Shown here one piece after another: positions 28,818-39,118 of a stretch of DNA of 64,000 bases. Position numbers and translations under genes: made by a program. Each line of letters begins with the position of its first letter. Positions within the stretch are counted from its first letter, which is position 1. Below the pieces are notes generated by a model that did not search any database, was not told the origin of the DNA, and saw only the letters and a list, made by a program, of their open reading frames with translations. Source of the DNA: an uncultured delta proteobacterium (GTDB lineage Bacteria; Myxococcota; Kuafuiibacteriia; Kuafuiibacteriales; Kuafuiibacteriaceae); NCBI GenBank assembly GCA_963803435.1, contig CAWDML010000001.1, forward strand, positions 2,048,001 through 2,112,000. Direction: 5' to 3'.

Positions 28818-30419
28818 ATGCCAAACCGCTGGTTGTTCTCCCTCTTGGTCTGTTGTCTCGCCCTGGGCTGTTCTGAGGGCTCGGAGCTTCTGTCCGATCC
28901 GGAGGGCGGTAGGGAAGGTGAGACCTTCGATGCAGGTGCGCCCGATGGCGACGTGGACTCGGGTCCGGTCGATCGGCTGCTGGACCAGGACCACAGCTTC
29001 CGGCTCCTCGCGTTCAGCGCGGATGGCCGCCAACTGGCCTTCCTCCGCGATCTCACGGACGGCGTGCTGGGGACCCTGTTCCTGTACGACGTCACTCGCG
29101 GCGATCGGGTGCAGATCGACGAACGGGTGGTCACGGTCTTCGCCGACGTGTCGATCGCGCCCGACGGGTCGTGGGTGCTGTATCGCCGTGCGCCCGACTC
29201 CAACGAGGACTTCTCGTACGTCAACGATCTCTATCTGTGGCGCGCCGGCCAGGGCGCCCCGGAGCGGATCGGGGAGCGGGTGCTACGGAACGCGGCCCGA
29301 GTCTCGCCCGATGGGAACACGGTCCTCTACGTCACCGATCGAGCGCTCCACGCGCGCGATCTCACCCGCGGCGTCGACACGTTGCTCTCTGAGGCGGTCG
29401 TCGCCTCACCGTATCTATCCACCGACGAGATGATCCCGGTGAGCCCGGACGGGAGGTGGGCCGCATATCTCGCCGATCGGCCGGTGGCGCTGGCGGTGGT
29501 GGATCTCGAGACCCTGCACGCGACCCGGTTCGAGACGAGGGCCGTCTTACGAACGATCCGTTTCGATTCCCGGAGTCGCCTCCTGGCGGTGGTGGGCGAC
29601 GCCGCGGGGACGCACCTCGAGCGTCGAGACCTCACCGCCGGCACGCCCCCAGCGACGACCCGCGGCGGCGGGCCCAACAACCCGTCGTTCGCGACCACCG
29701 AGGACGGCCGCTTCGTCGCGTACCCCGTCGACGGGCGGCTCAGTTGGGAGGATCTCGATACCGGCCGGAGCGGTCCGGTCGCCGACGACGTCGACTTCCA
29801 GCAATACCGATTCGTCGCTGGGACGAACCGGCTCGTCTACGCCACCCACCGCGATCCGAGGGACGCGTCGGGAGAGCTCTTCGCGCTCGATCTCGAGACC
29901 GGTAACACCGCGGACCTCGGCGGAGGGCGGAGCCTCGGTGAGCCCAGCCTCGGCGCTGTCGTGTCCGCGCCGGACGGCGATCGGCTCGCCTTTCACCCCG
30001 CGGGCGTCTGCGACCTGATCGCCTATGCCTTCTCGAGCGACCGGTCCGAGACGATCGGGCGTGGCTGCAAGCTCGAGTTCGTCGACGGCGGCCGCTCGCT
30101 GCTCTATGGGACCGACGCCGTCCGTGGCACACCGCTCTGGCTGCATCGGTTCGGGCTGCCAGGACCCGATGTGCAGCTGACCACCGGACCGATCGCGTGG
30201 TGGTTTACTTCACCGAACGGAACGAAGGGCGCGGCGATCACCGATCGGCCCGGCTCCGGTTGGCGGTCGGTGACCGCCGCGGATTGGGTCAGTGGGACGC
30301 GCCGGGAGCTGAGCCCCAGCGAAGGCGGCGTCGGCGACGTCGTCGTCTCCAACACTCACATCGCCTACCTGATCTCGGCGTACGGCCACGACGGGCTCTA
30401 CCTGAGCCTGCTCCCCTGA
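28818..30419 (+). CDS. Beta-propeller (TolB/PD40-like) lipoprotein
   Basis: Lipobox ALGC; repeated SPDG/SADG/APDG motifs. Confidence 0.8.
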   Translation: MPNRWLFSLLVCCLALGCSEGSELLSDPEGGREGETFDAGAPDGDVDSGPVDRLLDQDHSFRLLAFSADGRQLAFLRDLTDGVLGTLFLYDVTRGDRVQIDERVVTVFADVSIAPDGSWVLYRRAPDSNEDFSYVNDLYLWRAGQGAPERIGERVLRNAARVSPDGNTVLYVTDRALHARDLTRGVDTLLSEAVVASPYLSTDEMIPVSPDGRWAAYLADRPVALAVVDLETLHATRFETRAVLRTIRFDSRSRLLAVVGDAAGTHLERRDLTAGTPPATTRGGGPNNPSFATTEDGRFVAYPVDGRLSWEDLDTGRSGPVADDVDFQQYRFVAGTNRLVYATHRDPRDASGELFALDLETGNTADLGGGRSLGEPSLGAVVSAPDGDRLAFHPAGVCDLIAYAFSSDRSETIGRGCKLEFVDGGRSLLYGTDAVRGTPLWLHRFGLPGPDVQLTTGPIAWWFTSPNGTKGAAITDRPGSGWRSVTAADWVSGTRRELSPSEGGVGDVVVSNTHIAYLISAYGHDGLYLSLLP

Positions 30420-30435
30420 TCGCGCGACGAATCGG

Positions 30436-32805
30436 TCAGGCGCGCGCGGGCTCCTCCGGCCCTGGTGAGAGCACGATCTCGAGGTGCGGGCCGAGGCGGT
30501 AGCCCGATTCCCCGGAGACCAGCACGTCCGCCAGCCCGAGCTTCCGCAAGGTGGTGATCGCGACGTAGACGCGGTTCGCGGCCGCGGCAGCGCGGATGGT
30601 CTCGCCCGGCCAAGCCGCTGCGCGCAGCGTCTCCATCGACGACCACCGGCCACCCTGGAGCGCGGCTTCGGTCAGGTGCTGCATCATCAGCCGCAACGGG
30701 ACGCGTCGTGAGAGGTCGATCCATGAACCATGGGGTGGACGGACGAAGCGAACCGCGCCACCGACGACGAGCGCGTTCGGGCCGCCGTCCCCGAAGCCCG
30801 CGATCAGCTTCCCGAGCATCCGCGTGAAGAGCCTCGCATCATCGGAACGATTGAGGAGCGTCCGAGCTCGCTCGATCCGGGACTCGGCCTCACGGACGCG
30901 CGCGCCGCTCTCCGCGATACGATCGGCGAGCCACGCGCGTTGGGCGAGCGCCACTTCGAGGAAGGCGCCTGCGAGCTCGGCGATCCCGATGCCGAGCTCG
31001 TCGCGCGGCCGGGAGAGCAAGGACTCGGCGGCGAGCAAGCGCGGCGCGGCGGCGCGTCCCAGCATGGCCTCGACGCAAGCGAGACGGATCATGCCCAAGC
31101 CGAGCGAACGCTGGTCGTCGATCTCCGCGAGGAGCTCGAGCGCACGCTGGTGGCACGCGACCGCCTGCTCGAGCTCGCCGCGCTCGTGGTGGAGTACGCC
31201 GCGATTGCCGATGGTGATGGCGAGCTGGCGATGGTCGCTCACGCGCTCGAGGATGAGCAACGCCTCGTGATAGCGGAGAGCCGCCCGCTCCAGATCGCCG
31301 CGCTCGTGCTCGAGCAAGCCCAGGTTGCCGAGGAACAGTCCTTCGTGCCGGAGGTCCCCGACCTCGCGATCGATCGCCAGCGCCGCCTGATAGGCCTCCT
31401 CGGCCCGGCGATAGTCTCGCCGATCGTGCTCGACGGCGCCGAGATTGCCGAGCGCTCGTCCCTCGGCCCGGCGATGTCCGTGCGTCCTGTGGATCGCGAG
31501 CGCTTCCCGGTAGAGCGACTCGGCTTCGGTCAGCCGCCGCTCCTGCTGGCGCAGCACCCCGAGATCCACGATCAGGGTGCCCTCCTCGAGAGCATCGCCG
31601 CTCGACCGCGCCACCGAGAGGGCGGAGCTCAGGTCCTGCTCCGCCCGATCGATGCGACCCATACGCTGCAGGATCCGAGCGCGGGCCCGCAGAAGTTTGG
31701 GCTCACTCGAGCGGAGGAGCAGCGCGCGCTCGAGGAGCTCGAGGTAGCGCTGGTAAGGTCCCCGAGCGCCGATGATGGGCTCGACGGCAGCGAGCGCGTG
31801 GATCGCCTCGGGCGTGAGCTCCTCGGTCCCTTCGAGCGAGCGCTCGGCGGCGATCAGAAGGTTGGCGCGTTCGTCCCCGACGTCCACCGCGGCTGCGGCG
31901 AAGTGAGCGGCGTGCCTGGTCCAAACAGCCTTTGCCTCGCCGCTCGCCCGAAGCCTTCGCTCGGCGAAATCGCGGATGCTCTCGAACATGGAGAAACGAC
32001 GCGAGCCACCGTGCGCCTCGGAGCGCACCAGCGATTTGTCCCGGAGCGACTGGAGGAGATCGTACGCATCTCGATCCCCGAGCACCGCCTCGGCGGCCTC
32101 GACGGTGAATCCGCCCCGGAAGGCCGAGCAGCCCATCAGCGATCGTCGCTCCTCCTCCGAGAGCGCCTCCCACGACCAGGCGATCGCCGCCTCGAGGGTC
32201 GCGTGCCGCTCCGGAGCATCACGCCGTCCGCGCGACAGGAGCGGAATCGGTGCTTCCAGTCGAGCATCGAGACCTTCGACCCCGAGGACGTCGTGGCGGG
32301 CGGCTGCCAGCTCGAGCGCCAGCGGGATGCACTCCAGCCTGGCGACCAGCGCGCGCGCGGTCTCGAGCGACGCAGGCTCGGATCCGAGTCGGCGCACGTG
32401 ATCGACGAAGAGAGCGAGCGCGTCTTCGATCCCGAGCGGGCCGAGCTCGAGGCATGCTTCACCCTCGACGCGAAGCCGCTCGCGCGAGGTGACCACGATC
32501 TGGTCCATCCCATCGAGCCAAGCGCCGAGCGAAGGCGCGCATCCGACGACCTGCTCGAAGTTGTCGAGGACCACCACGCCTGGATTGCGGGGCACACGCA
32601 AGAGCACGGAAGCGACGTCGTCCTCGGTGCGGGCCTCCGCCAGATCGTAGAAGACGCCTCGGCGCTTCTCCAGCAGCTCCTGCGCGAGGCTCGTCTTCCC
32701 GATGCCCGCGGCTCCCCAGATCGTGACTAGGTGGTGTGATCCGAGGAGCTCTATCAGCCGATCGAGATCCCGCTCGCGGCCGATCAGTCTCCGCCTGCGC
32801 TTCAC
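30436..32805 (-). CDS. STAND-type ATPase with TPR repeats and a C-terminal winged-helix-like domain
   Basis: GRERDL, GAAGIGKT, VVLDNFEQV, VTSRERL, IPLALELAAA; TPRs; ANRVYVAITTLRKLGL. Confidence 0.88.
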   Translation of the reverse strand: MKRRRRLIGRERDLDRLIELLGSHHLVTIWGAAGIGKTSLAQELLEKRRGVFYDLAEARTEDDVASVLLRVPRNPGVVVLDNFEQVVGCAPSLGAWLDGMDQIVVTSRERLRVEGEACLELGPLGIEDALALFVDHVRRLGSEPASLETARALVARLECIPLALELAAARHDVLGVEGLDARLEAPIPLLSRGRRDAPERHATLEAAIAWSWEALSEEERRSLMGCSAFRGGFTVEAAEAVLGDRDAYDLLQSLRDKSLVRSEAHGGSRRFSMFESIRDFAERRLRASGEAKAVWTRHAAHFAAAAVDVGDERANLLIAAERSLEGTEELTPEAIHALAAVEPIIGARGPYQRYLELLERALLLRSSEPKLLRARARILQRMGRIDRAEQDLSSALSVARSSGDALEEGTLIVDLGVLRQQERRLTEAESLYREALAIHRTHGHRRAEGRALGNLGAVEHDRRDYRRAEEAYQAALAIDREVGDLRHEGLFLGNLGLLEHERGDLERAALRYHEALLILERVSDHRQLAITIGNRGVLHHERGELEQAVACHQRALELLAEIDDQRSLGLGMIRLACVEAMLGRAAAPRLLAAESLLSRPRDELGIGIAELAGAFLEVALAQRAWLADRIAESGARVREAESRIERARTLLNRSDDARLFTRMLGKLIAGFGDGGPNALVVGGAVRFVRPPHGSWIDLSRRVPLRLMMQHLTEAALQGGRWSSMETLRAAAWPGETIRAAAAANRVYVAITTLRKLGLADVLVSGESGYRLGPHLEIVLSPGPEEPARA

Positions 32806-33323
32806 TCGAGGCGAGCCCGCTCGACGAAGACCCGCCGCAAGCCGGCTTGCACTTGGAAGCCGTCCACGGCCACCGGACCATCGGGGCTCACCTGCCTGAG
32901 CCTGCCGTCGGCGTCGCAGGAGGTGCCCTGGATCCACCCGGGACCCACGATCACTCCGGTGCGGCAGGCACCGTCGGTCGCTTGGTAGAGCCCGATCGTG
33001 CCCCCGCGCTCTGTGACCGGACCTTCGAGCGGGGTCCCATCCTCGAACATCCCCACCAGCCGGCCGTCCTCGAGTCGTCCTTCGAAGCGAGCGTCGTCCT
33101 TCGCGAGCGAGATGCGCTCGCCGTTGCGGGTGCCGAGGAGCCAGCGCGTGCTCGCCATGCTGGTGGGGCCACCGCAGCGGTAGAGAAGGACGGACTCGCC
33201 CTCGACCACCGCGGCCGCGCGCGCGTCCGTCCCCGTCAAGGCGCCCACGTAGTGCGCGGTGCCCTCGTCGCCGCACGAGGCAGAGACCAGGACGAGCGAT
33301 ACGAGCGGCGCACCGAGCTTCAT
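32802..33323 (-). CDS. Hypothetical lipoprotein
   Basis: MKLGAPLVSLVLVSASC; GTGA overlap with the ATPase gene. Confidence 0.7.
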   Translation of the reverse strand: MKLGAPLVSLVLVSASCGDEGTAHYVGALTGTDARAAAVVEGESVLLYRCGGPTSMASTRWLLGTRNGERISLAKDDARFEGRLEDGRLVGMFEDGTPLEGPVTERGGTIGLYQATDGACRTGVIVGPGWIQGTSCDADGRLRQVSPDGPVAVDGFQVQAGLRRVFVERARLE

Positions 33324-33484
33324 GTTCGGGCGGACCATATTCTCCGGAGAAACGGAGCGTCCATCGGTCAGGTAGAAGCCGGATCCCGAGGTCGGGTCGG
33401 ACTGTGCCCTCCGGCACGCCGCGCCGAGCTCACCGGGTCACATCCTCACCTCGGGAGGTGTGGCAAGGACCTGAGATCCGCCGG

Positions 33485-34336
33485 TCAAACCGGCTTCTTC
33501 TTGGCGTCTGCGCGCGACCAGAGCGCGTCGAAAGCACGACCCGGTTCGTCGAGATCGATGACCACCGGCGCATGGTCCGACGGGATCGGCTTCCCTTTGC
33601 GCGCCTCGCGATCGATCTCTGCCCAGACGATCCGACGTGCCACCGCATCGTTCACGAGGAGTAGATCGATCCGCATGCCGCTGTTCTTGTGAAAGGCTCC
33701 GGCACGGTAGTCCCACCAGCTGTATCGGCCGTGCTCGGGGTGCCGGAGCCGGTACGCGTCCATCAGCCCGACCGAGAGGATTCGGGCGAGCGCGTCGCGT
33801 TCCCGCAGGGAGACGTGCGTCGCGCCGTGGCAGGCGACCGGATCCCAGACGTCGCAGTCGGCGGGTGCGATGTTGAAGTCGCCGCCGATCACCAGCGGAG
33901 CAGTCAGATCGCACGCCTCGCGGATCCAGGCCTCGAAGCGCGCGAGCCAGACGAGCTTCGCTTCGTAGAACGGTGAGTCGAGCACGCGCCCGTTGGGCAC
34001 GTAGATGCTGACGAAGCGAGTGGCCCTCGTAGTCGCCGCGATCATCCGCGCTTCCGCGAACGGATCCTCGGCTCCGGACTCGGCCAGCGGTGCGCCGAAC
34101 GCGGTCACCACGTCGGAGAGCGGAAGCCGGCTGGCGATCGCCACACCGTTCCAGCGGCCCTGACCATGGTGCACCAGGTGGTAACCGCGCTCCTCGAACT
34201 CGCGATGCGGAGCCGCGGTGTCGGCCAGCTTGGTCTCCTGCATCAGCAGCACGTCGGGCCTCGCCCGCTCGAGCCACCACCACACCTTTTCGATGCGGGC
34301 CGGCAACGAGTTCACGTTCCAGGTCGCAATCCGCAT
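33485..34336 (-). CDS. xth: Exodeoxyribonuclease III
   Basis: MRIATWNVNS, MQETK, YVPNG, GDFNIAP, SWWDYR, RIDLLL, SDHAPV. Confidence 0.95.
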   Translation of the reverse strand: MRIATWNVNSLPARIEKVWWWLERARPDVLLMQETKLADTAAPHREFEERGYHLVHHGQGRWNGVAIASRLPLSDVVTAFGAPLAESGAEDPFAEARMIAATTRATRFVSIYVPNGRVLDSPFYEAKLVWLARFEAWIREACDLTAPLVIGGDFNIAPADCDVWDPVACHGATHVSLRERDALARILSVGLMDAYRLRHPEHGRYSWWDYRAGAFHKNSGMRIDLLLVNDAVARRIVWAEIDREARKGKPIPSDHAPVVIDLDEPGRAFDALWSRADAKKKPV

Positions 34337-34519
34337 TGTGACGGTCGGGATGATGACATGAGCGAGCCTCGCGTGCGCGTCGAATCGAGCGACCCGGCGC
34401 AGGCCGCCATCGAGCGCGGCCTCCGGGGGCGCAGGCGAGGTCGATGCGAGCCGAGCCCCGCCCCGAGCGGTGATAGCCTCTGAGACGTGCGTGGCGCCCA
34501 CCCGATCGTCGAAGCGGTG

Positions 34520-35131
34520 ATGACAGCCGCGCAGGCCGGGGCCTCGGCGAGCGCGCTCTTCGACTCGGGCCTCGGTCAACCGATCATCGGGCGGGCCGGG
34601 CAGCTCGTCTTCTCGGAGGGCGATCCTGCGGACGCGTTCTACCTCCTCCTGTCCGGTACGCTGCGCTGTTACGTGAGCCGCACGAAGGACGGGCCTGAGG
34701 AGCGCACCACGCTCTTGTGTGAAGGTCCGGCCGTCGTGGGCGACCGGGATCTCCTGGCAGGCGTGTCGGAGATGGAGTCGGTCCGCTGTTCCAGCGCGAC
34801 GACCGTCCTGACCTGGCCGGGGGACGCGTTCCTCGAGGCGTGGAGCCAGAGCGACGAGCTGCGTGCGCTCCTGGTGCGGGATCTCTCACTCCGCTACGCG
34901 AAGAGCCTCGCGCTGGCGAGCCTTCAGCTCGAGCCGCTCGCCGGTTCCGTCGCCGCGCTCCTCCGCGAGACGGGCGACAAGCCCGAGCTGAGCAACAACA
35001 CCTGGATCGCGGAGGTGCTCTCGGTCGCGCCGAAGTCCGTGACGCGCGCGCTGGCGCAGCTCCGCCGCGCTGGTGAGCAGGAGCTCGACGAGATCCCCGA
35101 ACTCCGGCTCTTTCACTCGCTCGCGGAGTAG
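34520..35131 (+). CDS. Crp/Fnr-family cNMP-binding regulator
   Basis: VFSEGDPADAFYLLLSG; C-terminal HTH IAEVLSVAPKSVTRALAQL. Confidence 0.8.
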   Translation: MTAAQAGASASALFDSGLGQPIIGRAGQLVFSEGDPADAFYLLLSGTLRCYVSRTKDGPEERTTLLCEGPAVVGDRDLLAGVSEMESVRCSSATTVLTWPGDAFLEAWSQSDELRALLVRDLSLRYAKSLALASLQLEPLAGSVAALLRETGDKPELSNNTWIAEVLSVAPKSVTRALAQLRRAGEQELDEIPELRLFHSLAE

Positions 35132-35874
35132 ACCGGGCTGAGCCCTTGGAGAAGGTCGGGGAGCTCGAGACCCTCGAGCAGCTCGGCGAGTCGCTCGCGT
35201 CGGATCTGGGTCAGGCCGCGCGAGCCGACCTCGAGCCGCCCCTCCTGAACCATCGACTTCAGCGTGCGATTGACCGTCTCGCGGCGGAGGCCGGTCGCGC
35301 GACCGAGCTCCACCTGCGGGATCGGAACGTCGATCGGCTCCGCGTGCCCGGTGTTCTTCAGGAGCTGATGGTAGGCGAGCAGGTAGCGCGCGAGGAGCTG
35401 AGCCGGGCTGAGGAGCGGCTGCACCTTACGCGCGTTGATGTACGTGACGAAGCGCAGCGTCAGATCGCGGTACAGCTCCAACGCGAAGCGAGCGTTCTCG
35501 ATCATCAGCGACTCGAGGGCTTCCTTCGTCAGCGCCAGCGCGACGAGGGGCGAGAGGGCGACGCCTGTCCCGCTCCAGCTCACGCCCTGCATGACCTGGC
35601 TCTCACCGAGCATGAAAGGCGCGGCGAACAGAGCGACCACGAACCCGCGCACGTCGGCAGGCTCCGGCGGGTGCTCGATCTGGAGGGATCCGGAGAGCAC
35701 GGCAAAGACACGCTGCGCCGGCGCTCCCGCGCGATAAAGAAAGCCGCCCGGCGCGAGATTCACGATCATACTCTCATCGACGATCGCCTGGTGAGCCTGC
35801 GGCGGGAGCGACGCGAAGATCGGATGAGCGGCGAGCGCGACCCGGAGCGCCTTCTTGTCGTGGAGCCCGTTCAT
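35113..35874 (-). CDS. Crp/Fnr-family transcriptional regulator
   Basis: LYRAGAPAQRVFAVLSG, LGE; HTH QVELGRATGLRRETVNRTL. Confidence 0.88.
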   Translation of the reverse strand: MNGLHDKKALRVALAAHPIFASLPPQAHQAIVDESMIVNLAPGGFLYRAGAPAQRVFAVLSGSLQIEHPPEPADVRGFVVALFAAPFMLGESQVMQGVSWSGTGVALSPLVALALTKEALESLMIENARFALELYRDLTLRFVTYINARKVQPLLSPAQLLARYLLAYHQLLKNTGHAEPIDVPIPQVELGRATGLRRETVNRTLKSMVQEGRLEVGSRGLTQIRRERLAELLEGLELPDLLQGLSPVYSASE

Positions 35875-37844
35875 CGGCGCCTCAGATCGAGCAGCGCCTG
35901 GGCCACCCAGGCCTGCTCGTACGGATCCGTGCCTCCGAGCCGTTCAGGAGCGAAGAGTCCGGCCGCCCCGTACATGTCGAGGATCTCGCCGGAGCGACGC
36001 ACGTCGACCGCGTGGAGACCGGGCCCGTCGAGCTCCGCCGCGGTGATGACCCCCATGATCACCGCCGCCGGCGTGATCGCGTAGCGCTCGGAGCCCGTGT
36101 CCTCGAGGAGGTTCAACGGGTAGGCCTCGGCCGGGATGAAGAGCGTTCCGTCCGCGATGGCGATCTCGAGATCCTCGAAGGTCCGGGGGATGCCGCCCTC
36201 GGTACCGTAGGCCGCGTCCCGGGTGTTCGGCACGCTCGTCTTCCCGGCTGCGCGGAGACCCGCGATGTCGACGCCCTTTCCGCCCGAGGTGATGGGAAGG
36301 ATCAGCGAGTCCCTCGGAAGTCGCTTCGCGTTGTCGGCGTCGACACCGGTCGTCGCGCTCGCCACGATGACGACGCCGCAATCGGGACGCGGCGTATCAT
36401 CCGAGTGGACGGTGAAGCCGAGCGCACGCGCTTCTTCGGCTCGCTCCGCGTTCGTCTCGAGGATGGTGATGCGCTGTCGCTCTCTGCGAATCTCATCCGG
36501 TGACGCGCCGTCCGGAAGCCTGAGCCGCGCCAGGGACTCGGCCGTGGAGCGTCCCAGCAGTCCGAAGCCCACCACGTACTGCGGCAGCTCGGACATGGGC
36601 TCGCCCCAGCGCGCCCGCGCCTCTCGCGCTGCGATCACCGCATAGAGATCGCCGATGCCGACCGCCTCGGCGCCCTTGAGCAAGCTGCCCGCGACGTCGA
36701 CGGCCCAGATCGAGTCGAGATACGGCTCCAGCGAGGCGAGATCGTCCGCGTTGTGCACGAGGAAGCGAATGCGACCCTCGCGGGCGGCGCGCCAGAGATC
36801 TCCGTCTTCGGGCTCGCCTTCGAGCAGAGCGCCGCCGCCTTTGTCCACCACGAAGATCTGATCTGCAGCGAGCGCGGCGCGACCGCACTTCTTCATCCAA
36901 TCCTTCGCGCTCTCTGCATCGGACGGTCCCACGCGCGGGCCGACCTCGAGTCTTCTCGCCGTTCGTTCGTGGGGATGGAACACGCCACCGTCGAGCTGCC
37001 TCGCCATGATGGCTTGCATCGGATAGGTGCCACTATACGGAGAGCGAGTCGCGGTTCCGGCGTCGAGGCCGAGCGCTTGGAGGATGGGAAACAGGGCGAA
37101 CTGCTCGCGCCTCATGTGTCCGTTGTAGTGGAAGTGCATGCCCTTCAGCTGATCGCTCCCGCCCAGAGGAAGCTCGGTCAGCAGTCGATCGGTGAACGGG
37201 TTGAGGAAGCCGAGCTCGAGGAGAGCGGCGCGCGCCGCGAGGCCGCGCGGGCTCGAGTCGAGCTTCTCGGCGACCAGCCTTCGGACGATCTTCGCGGCGT
37301 CTCGCCGATCCTTGGTTCCGCTCCAATCCAGGAGAACGCGGAGCTCGCGCTCGGCGAAGTGATAGGTGAAGAAGCCCTCTCTCCCGAAGTCGAAGGCGTT
37401 GCGAGTGCCCCCCATGCTCTGGAAGAGCGACACGCCCGATTCGTCGCGGGTCAGCGGCCCATCGACGTACCGTGCGCAGCGAGCCGGGACGTCGGAGGAA
37501 ACGACTCGGACGTGCACCGTCGTCTCTTGATCCTGAATCGCCGGGCGGCTCATCGGATCGTTCGTGCGTCCGGTGATCTCGAGGCTCAGCTCGAGACGAC
37601 TCCCGACTTCCTGAGTGATCGGATTGATCGGGCGGAGATACGGGAGACGCTCGTAGAGCGGCCGGCGATGGTTCGGTCCCGTGACCGAAGGGACGTGGAT
37701 CGGTTCGTCGAGCTCGAGGTACTTGCCGATGCGCGCGTCGTATCGGACCGTGACCTTCACGCGAACGACGTCGTCCAGATCGTAGACCGGGCGAGACGCG
37801 AACCCGACGGTTCGCGAGGGGATGTCGCCGGTCCGCGTCATCAT
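35871..37844 (-). CDS. Hypothetical protein with a divergent adenosylhomocysteinase-like/NAD-binding C-terminal region
   Basis: FVVDKGGG, VDVAGSLLKGAE, VVGFGLLGRSTAESL, YPLNL follow the order of AdoHcyase-like folds; ATGA overlap with the Crp gene. Confidence 0.55.
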   Translation of the reverse strand: MMTRTGDIPSRTVGFASRPVYDLDDVVRVKVTVRYDARIGKYLELDEPIHVPSVTGPNHRRPLYERLPYLRPINPITQEVGSRLELSLEITGRTNDPMSRPAIQDQETTVHVRVVSSDVPARCARYVDGPLTRDESGVSLFQSMGGTRNAFDFGREGFFTYHFAERELRVLLDWSGTKDRRDAAKIVRRLVAEKLDSSPRGLAARAALLELGFLNPFTDRLLTELPLGGSDQLKGMHFHYNGHMRREQFALFPILQALGLDAGTATRSPYSGTYPMQAIMARQLDGGVFHPHERTARRLEVGPRVGPSDAESAKDWMKKCGRAALAADQIFVVDKGGGALLEGEPEDGDLWRAAREGRIRFLVHNADDLASLEPYLDSIWAVDVAGSLLKGAEAVGIGDLYAVIAAREARARWGEPMSELPQYVVGFGLLGRSTAESLARLRLPDGASPDEIRRERQRITILETNAERAEEARALGFTVHSDDTPRPDCGVVIVASATTGVDADNAKRLPRDSLILPITSGGKGVDIAGLRAAGKTSVPNTRDAAYGTEGGIPRTFEDLEIAIADGTLFIPAEAYPLNLLEDTGSERYAITPAAVIMGVITAAELDGPGLHAVDVRRSGEILDMYGAAGLFAPERLGGTDPYEQAWVAQALLDLRRR

Positions 37845-38043
37845 TGAATTCTCGGCCGCGAGGCGCCTCGGGGTGCGTGGTGCGTCGACGCACCATCGGG
37901 CGGAACATCCTGCGCCACAACCCCCCGCCGGAAACCGCGATAACAGAGCATATTCGCGGCGTTCCCGAGCCGGAAGCTGGCGATCGCCCCTATCCCTTTC
38001 GACACAATCTTGGAGCTCCCGGTCCACCGGGAAGGAGACCTCT

Positions 38044-38427
38044 ATGACCGCCATCAGCCTTCGTCCCGCCACGCAGCAACCCCCCGAGGCGTCCGCCGCG
38101 GAACGAGACGGCATCATCCCCGGCGACACGCTCAACCTCCAGAACGCGAGGATCGTTCGCGGTCGTGAGTCGGGATACCAGATCGAGCTCGACCAGCCGT
38201 TGACCGTGGTGCGCCCGCGCCCCGACGGCAACTATCTCGACTCTGTCCGCTACCTCGATCTGGTCGATGGTCCGCCGCCCCGTCCGAACGAGCGCACCCA
38301 CGGGATGCGCGTCGACGTGACCTCGTTCGGTTTGGTCGGGCGGCCCAACCCGAGCGACGAGCAGACGACCGTCACCGTGAAGATGACCGGACGGCGAGGC
38401 GCGACCCAGAAGGAATGGATCTTCTGA
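38044..38427 (+). CDS. Small hypothetical protein, similar to the N-terminal domain of the divergent gene
   Basis: AAGGAG RBS; GYQIELDQPLTV and RPNPSDEQTTVTVK match GKYLELDEPIHV and RPAIQDQETTVHVR. Confidence 0.7.
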   Translation: MTAISLRPATQQPPEASAAERDGIIPGDTLNLQNARIVRGRESGYQIELDQPLTVVRPRPDGNYLDSVRYLDLVDGPPPRPNERTHGMRVDVTSFGLVGRPNPSDEQTTVTVKMTGRRGATQKEWIF

Positions 38428-38436
38428 AAACCTCGC

Positions 38437-39051
38437 TCACGGAGCCGTCTTCTTCCAGGCGTCCATCTCGGTCATGCGCGAGAACCACGACTGCATGTTC
38501 GGGAATTCGGCGACCGGCACGTCCGCCAGCTGGGCGTACATCAACGACGAGGCGAGCGTGAGGTCTGCCAGCGTCAGGGACTGGCCGACGACGTGCTGTC
38601 TGCCGTCGAGGCGCTGGTTCAACACGTCCGAGAAGCGCCGGAAGCCCTCGAGGGCCTCCTCGACCTTGCGCTCGTCGGGTTCGCCCATGCCGAACCTCTG
38701 CTTGAGCACCCGCTGAAACGCCAGCGTGCCGACCTGGGGCGAGAAGTGGGACGCGTCCCAGAACTGCCAGCGCGTCACCTCCGCGCGAGCCTGCTCGTCC
38801 CTGGGGAGGAGGCCCGACTCGGGCTTCTTCGTCGCGAGGTACTGCATGATCGCTCGCGACTCCGTGAGCACAAAGTCACCGTCGACGAGGGTCGGGACCG
38901 CACCGTTCGGGTTGAGCGCCAGGTATTCGGGGCTCTTGTGCTCACGCTTCGAGAGGTCGACCGGCTTCTCCTCTAGCTGGAGGCCGAGCACGGCAGCCGT
39001 GAGGCGGACGCGCCGAACGTTGGGTGACATCGCGCTCAGGTAAAGCTTCAT
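38437..39051 (-). CDS. Glutathione S-transferase family protein
   Basis: SPNVRRV, LNPNGAVPTLVDG, ESRAIMQYL, TLADL. Confidence 0.95.
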   Translation of the reverse strand: MKLYLSAMSPNVRRVRLTAAVLGLQLEEKPVDLSKREHKSPEYLALNPNGAVPTLVDGDFVLTESRAIMQYLATKKPESGLLPRDEQARAEVTRWQFWDASHFSPQVGTLAFQRVLKQRFGMGEPDERKVEEALEGFRRFSDVLNQRLDGRQHVVGQSLTLADLTLASSLMYAQLADVPVAEFPNMQSWFSRMTEMDAWKKTAP

Positions 39052-39118
39052 GGTTCCTCATGCAGCGAACCCAGGCGTTTGTCCACCGAGGGTGCCGTGC
39101 TCAAAACAGGGTCTGCAA

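Noticed and set aside
30436-32805. STAND ATPase as an antiviral (Avs-type) defence system
   Set aside because: No nuclease, TIR or SIR2 effector seen; the ATPase-TPR-wHTH layout fits a regulator
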